IMG/VR virus record: IMGVR_UViG_2703718798_000012
Span: 1-14,664 of that record
DNA: 14,664 bases
Strand: one strand, 5' to 3'
Source of the DNA: a virus
Lineage: Duplodnaviria; Heunggongvirae; Uroviricota; Caudoviricetes
Shown: piece after piece, positions 13,378 through 14,664 of the stretch
Numbering within the stretch: position 1 is the stretch's first letter
Layout: the number at the start of each line of letters is the position of its first letter
The notes under the pieces: model-generated
Databases searched by the model: none
Seen by the model: the letters and a program-made list of their open reading frames with translations, nothing else
What the model was told of the DNA's origin: nothing
Translations under genes and position numbers: made by a program

Positions 13378-14664
13378 ATGAGTAACACATCATACCCGAC
13401 AGGCGTTGAAAACCATGGCGGATCACTCCGCATATGGTTTCACTATAACGGCAAACGTGTCAGAGAAAACCTCGGTGTTCCTGACACAGCCAAAAACCGG
13501 AAGATTGCAGGCGAACTCAGGACTTCAGTTTGTTTTGCAATCAGAATGGGGAATTTCGACTACGCTGCGCAGTTTCCTGAGTCCCCAAATCTGAAACACT
13601 TTGGTCTGGGAAAAAAGGAGATAACCATTAAGGCGCTTTCAGAAAAATGGCTGGATCTGAAAAAAATCGAAATAGGAGGTAACGCATTCAATCGGTATCA
13701 ATCTGTGGTGAGAAACATGTTGCCTCGTATAGGGGAAAGCCGACTGGCTTCATCTGTAACAAAAGAAGATTTACTCTTCATCAGGAAAGATTTATTGACC
13801 GGGTATCACAATCTCTCAAACGGCAAAACAACACCTGTTAAGGGGAGATCTGTAGTTACAGTTAATTACTACATGACGACAATTGCAGGTATGTTTCAAT
13901 TTGCAGCTGACAACGGCTACACGGAATCAAACCCGTTTAACGGCCTGACACCATTAAAAAGGTCCAGAACCGAGCCAGATCCGCTCACGCATGACGAATT
14001 CATTCGTTTTATTGATGCTTGCCACCATCAACAAACGAAAAACCTGTGGTCTTTAGCAGTATACACAGGCATCCGTCACGGTGAGCTAATATCTCTCGCC
14101 TGGGAGGATATTGATTTAAAAGCTAAAACAATGACTATCCGTCGTAATTATACAAAACTCGGGGAGTTTACTCTACCAAAAACCGAAGCGGGAACAGATC
14201 GTGTTATTCATCTTGTTCAACCAGCCATTGAAACCCTGAAAAGTCAGGCTGAAATGACAAGATTTGGCACTCAATACCAGATTGACGTCAAACTGCGGGA
14301 GTTCGGACGTACCGTAAGCCATGAATGCACGTTTGTCTTTAATCCGCAACTGGTGAAAAAGTGCCAGCAAGCCGGTTACCACTACAAAGCGGACTCCATC
14401 AGGGATTCATGGGCATCAGCCCTGAGACGGGCCGGACTACGGCACAGGAAAGCCTATCAGTCAAGGCATACTTATGCCTGCTGGGCACTGGCCGCAGGAG
14501 CGAATCCAAGCTTTATCGCAAACCAGATGGGGCACGCAAACGCTCAGATGGTATTCAATGTTTACGGAGCATGGATGAAAGATAACAATATCGGGCAGAT
14601 AGAACTGCTCAATAAGGAGTTAGCTGAAAGTGTCCCATACATGCCCCACAGAGCAAGACGCTGA
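13378..14664 (+). CDS. Tyrosine recombinase / phage integrase
   Basis: 428 aa, GGGAGG upstream of ATG 13378; stop is the last codon of the window. C-terminal catalytic-type region (HDEFIRF..., RHGELISL, HTYACWALAAGANP...MGHANAQMVFNVYGAW) typical of the R-H-R-Y tyrosine recombinase fold. Confidence 0.9.
   Translation: MSNTSYPTGVENHGGSLRIWFHYNGKRVRENLGVPDTAKNRKIAGELRTSVCFAIRMGNFDYAAQFPESPNLKHFGLGKKEITIKALSEKWLDLKKIEIGGNAFNRYQSVVRNMLPRIGESRLASSVTKEDLLFIRKDLLTGYHNLSNGKTTPVKGRSVVTVNYYMTTIAGMFQFAADNGYTESNPFNGLTPLKRSRTEPDPLTHDEFIRFIDACHHQQTKNLWSLAVYTGIRHGELISLAWEDIDLKAKTMTIRRNYTKLGEFTLPKTEAGTDRVIHLVQPAIETLKSQAEMTRFGTQYQIDVKLREFGRTVSHECTFVFNPQLVKKCQQAGYHYKADSIRDSWASALRRAGLRHRKAYQSRHTYACWALAAGANPSFIANQMGHANAQMVFNVYGAWMKDNNIGQIELLNKELAESVPYMPHRARR

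Larger units (their letters stand above)
1..14664. mobile_element. Lambdoid prophage segment (Q antiterminator through replication, immunity and accessory regions to xis-int)
   Basis: Gene content and order: divergent cro-like/CI-like pair with operators, O-like gene with iterons, DnaC/DnaB-like genes, Q-like gene, xis-int at the end. Attachment site and structural genes are outside the window. Confidence 0.85.

Noticed and set aside
1-14664. tRNA, rRNA or other canonical RNA genes
   Set aside because: No region showed the paired acceptor-stem and T-arm pattern (GTTC...GAAC with flanking complementary 7-mers) on reading; a tRNA scan would be needed to exclude one formally.

Overview
The window reads as a near-complete regulatory and replication half of a lambdoid (enterobacterial-type) prophage, ending at the integrase. 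Minus strand, in transcription order from the immunity region: cro-like HTH gene, three tandem Rha-family regulator genes, a small coupled ORF, an O-like initiator with embedded origin iterons, a DnaC-like loader, a DnaB-like helicase, a small ORF, a Cys/His-motif protein, a Q-type antiterminator, an intrinsic terminator, and a partial downstream gene. Plus strand: CI-like autocleavable repressor (HTH + S24 peptidase), a PL-like promoter with operator, then an AT-rich accessory operon (leader ORF, tandem-HTH protein, several orphan ORFs, two small membrane peptides, an SPFH/band-7 lipoprotein, more orphans), an excisionase-like gene and a tyrosine integrase. No tRNA, rRNA, CRISPR array or transposase was seen. 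The two most unusual signals are (1) paralogous structured leaders in front of the 2nd and 3rd rha genes, each with a terminator-like hairpin, a conserved 20-mer and a tetraloop hairpin whose stem and loop differ between copies yet stay perfectly paired, and (2) a small-membrane-peptide + SPFH lipoprotein module in the early-left accessory region. All calls are from reading the sequence and recalled family motifs; no database search was run.
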